DNA of 64,000 nucleotides from positions 933,273 through 997,272 of the forward strand of contig NMRA01000051.1 in NCBI GenBank assembly GCA_002633005.1, given 5' to 3'. Source of the stretch: Phoronis australis (taxonomy: Eukaryota > Animalia > Phoronida). Made by a program: the position numbers and the translations under genes. The notes under the pieces were generated by a model that saw only the letters and a list, made by a program, of their open reading frames with translations, was not told where the DNA came from and ran no database searches. Shown here one piece after another: positions 61,585 through 64,000 of the stretch; position 1 is the stretch's first letter; each line of letters starts with the position of its first letter.

Positions 61585-64000
61585 CCACATGAGCAGAAGT
61601 ATCTTGATTGAATTATGTTTAAAATAAGTCGCATCGCATCGTGTATTATGTCCCATGCTCCTAATATTCGAAACGAAGCATTTTCAAAGAAATCTTTGCT
61701 CAAATAATGAGCATGTAGGGTGGAACTCGGGTGTCATCACTCCACACAGGTACTTGTATTGAACTGGGCAGTTTTGTGTTTTTACATGCTTTTCAATTAA
61801 AGTCTTGCCAACATCTAGAGTAAGTTAGGACTCAATATTCTCTCAAATGCTATCGCATATGGTCTATGCATCTATTTTAATTGGCAAAGCTTCACACGCA
61901 GGTGCATAGACCCAAATGCGAACAATCTACAGGAGGTTGCAAAACTCGCAGTTTGAAAGAATTGGTTCAATGTGGTTGCCACGTAATGGGCAATCTTTGG
62001 AATGCGCACAGCCTTCTGCTGCCAGAAGATAGTAAAAATTTCAATTAGTCTGACACGACTCATTTTATACTGATTTACAACACCTTTGCATTGGATATGC
62101 TGAACTTTTTTGGATCTCAGTTGCCGTCTCAAGTGTAAAAACGAGGATAAATCAAAAATTCTTTCCACACGTGTTGGAAAGTTTGTCAATAATGTTTAAT
62201 TAGGCAAGACAGTTCTGTCTGGTCTCAAATGAGTGAAATGATGGGCTTACCAGAAATTATACGCATTTTCTTTCTCACTCAAAACATTGACTATTTGGTG
62301 AATTTTGAAAAGCAATGTGTCGTTCCTAAAATAAGAAATTGCGGTGGCAGGTCTACCATGATGTTAAATGTGGGGCTCGTTTATTGGGGTATTGGTGATT
62401 TCATTGCAAGAAATGATGTGTGTTTTGAGGGCGTTCAGCCCCCTGGCTGCTGCTCAATGTTATCTGCTCTTCTTTAGCTACATGTTATTTGGATTTTCAT
62501 GGTTGCTTGGCAATAGTCTGTTTCAGTGGTCCTGGATTTTGAGAACCAGTTTGATGCCTGTTATTCAGTGGTTCTCAAAATGCGGGTCCCTGTAAGTGAC
62601 TATTACCCAGTGTTCTTGCGTCATCTTTTTCATGTTTACATTGTTGTAAAGGTATTTCCTTGTGTTAGTGTTGCCATGTTGCAGCTAGTCCTTGGAAACT
62701 AACTCGCAATTATTAATACATTGTGGATGTTTGATGATGATATTGATTAAAAGTTTACCTGTGATTTACCCCCATTGTCACTGGCTTTATGTTAGTTATT
62801 TCCTGTGATTGTGTGATGTGGCTGGTTGTGTTAATTGTGTATGTGCCACATGCAGAAATCTGGAAATATTGTAAACTAAATGTATCACACTGCAGGGCCT
62901 TCGATACCTCGTATCAGTCCCATTTCCTTATGAAAAATAGTTAAAAATCATGAGAAATTCCCTTCACAAGGCCTAAAAATTCCCTTCAAATGATTTAAAA
63001 ATCCCCTTGAGGTCAGAATTACTTGATTTCTGGGAAACAGTCGTTTTGAGATGACGTACTGTCACAGAACATTTCGATCAATTGTGAAAAAAATTGTCCG
63101 TAATCCTAAGAAATCTTCAATGCATGTACAGTGTATGGCTCAACTGCTGTCTTATGTCCTTGCGTGACTGGGAAACTTGTTCTTTAAAAGGATGTGACGG
63201 ACGGATGCAGAGAAACCCAAATTTTTTAAAAATCTTTTTTAACTTTAACAGAAAACAAATATATTTTTTTTTGTTTTTGTGGTGAATTCTACCATAGATA
63301 TCAGTTCAAAATAACTCAAACTTAAGTATTTAAAATGTATTAATCAACTAATTAAATCAGGACAATTAAACAGACATTTCTTTTTTAATTAAAATACACC
63401 AATTTGACCTTTTGCACGAAATCATCACCTCAAGCCTTTGCTGGGTATTACAGTGGATTGTTAACTTTTCAAAATATTTGTTTAAAGATGCAAAACAACC
63501 TCCTAAAATCCTCACTTCTCTTCAAAGATAATAAACAATATGGATAAGTATGAGAATGATAATTATTTTGTGTTCGACACCTGTTGGCATTTAGGAAAAC
63601 TGTTTTTCGTGTTAAGTAGAATACAATTTGGAAACTGGTTTGTAAACATGGCTATCCTAAATATCAAATGTAAATTGGTGTTATAGCATTACTGATATCA
63701 TTGTAATGCGTTTTCATGTGTATGTTTGTTAAATTAGTAATCGCCCTATAGTCACTTTCCCACTAGGGGAACTTCGATACAGGCTGTCATTTTTTGAGTT
63801 TCAGAGAATGTCATAGCAGATATTTGCTTCTAACCGAGTCAGCATCCGTTCTTCCCCTGGTGTCCAATAATCCCCTCATTTTTAAACGCTAGTTCAGTTT
63901 CCTCAAAACTCTTCAGAAAAAATATTTCTTAAAAAAGTTTGCGAGATTGATGTTCCTGTACTGCCAGAATTATTGTGAATTCTGATGTTTTTAATGATTT

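Noticed and set aside
62893-63060. CAGGG-starting hAT-like terminus with ttcccttca sub-repeats
   Set aside because: No matching inverted terminus or TSD found in the window.

Overview
Eukaryotic (bilaterian, probably marine invertebrate) genomic DNA, AT-rich, with no prokaryotic operons, rRNA or CRISPR. The window holds the 5' part of one large + strand multi-exon gene. Eight phase-compatible GT-AG coding exons (4340-40253) join into a stop-free frame of about 942 aa: a helical N-terminal region followed by a RasGEF N-terminal (REM) motif split by a ~360-aa Ser-rich insertion. It is most likely the invertebrate phospholipase C epsilon (PLCE1-like) gene; its CDC25 and PLC catalytic exons would lie beyond the window. 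The introns are packed with transposon derivatives: two families of Helentron-associated (HINE/DINE-1-like) elements, one carrying arrays of CTCF-consensus-like motifs; an internally deleted pogo-type element (HTH-psq plus PHD); several MITEs; and a three-level nest whose innermost Kolobok-like element carries a THAP remnant and a convergent P2X7-ballast/nanor-like ORF. Several minisatellites are present, and the long downstream intron has candidate alternative first exons. All homology calls come from motif recognition by eye, not database searches.
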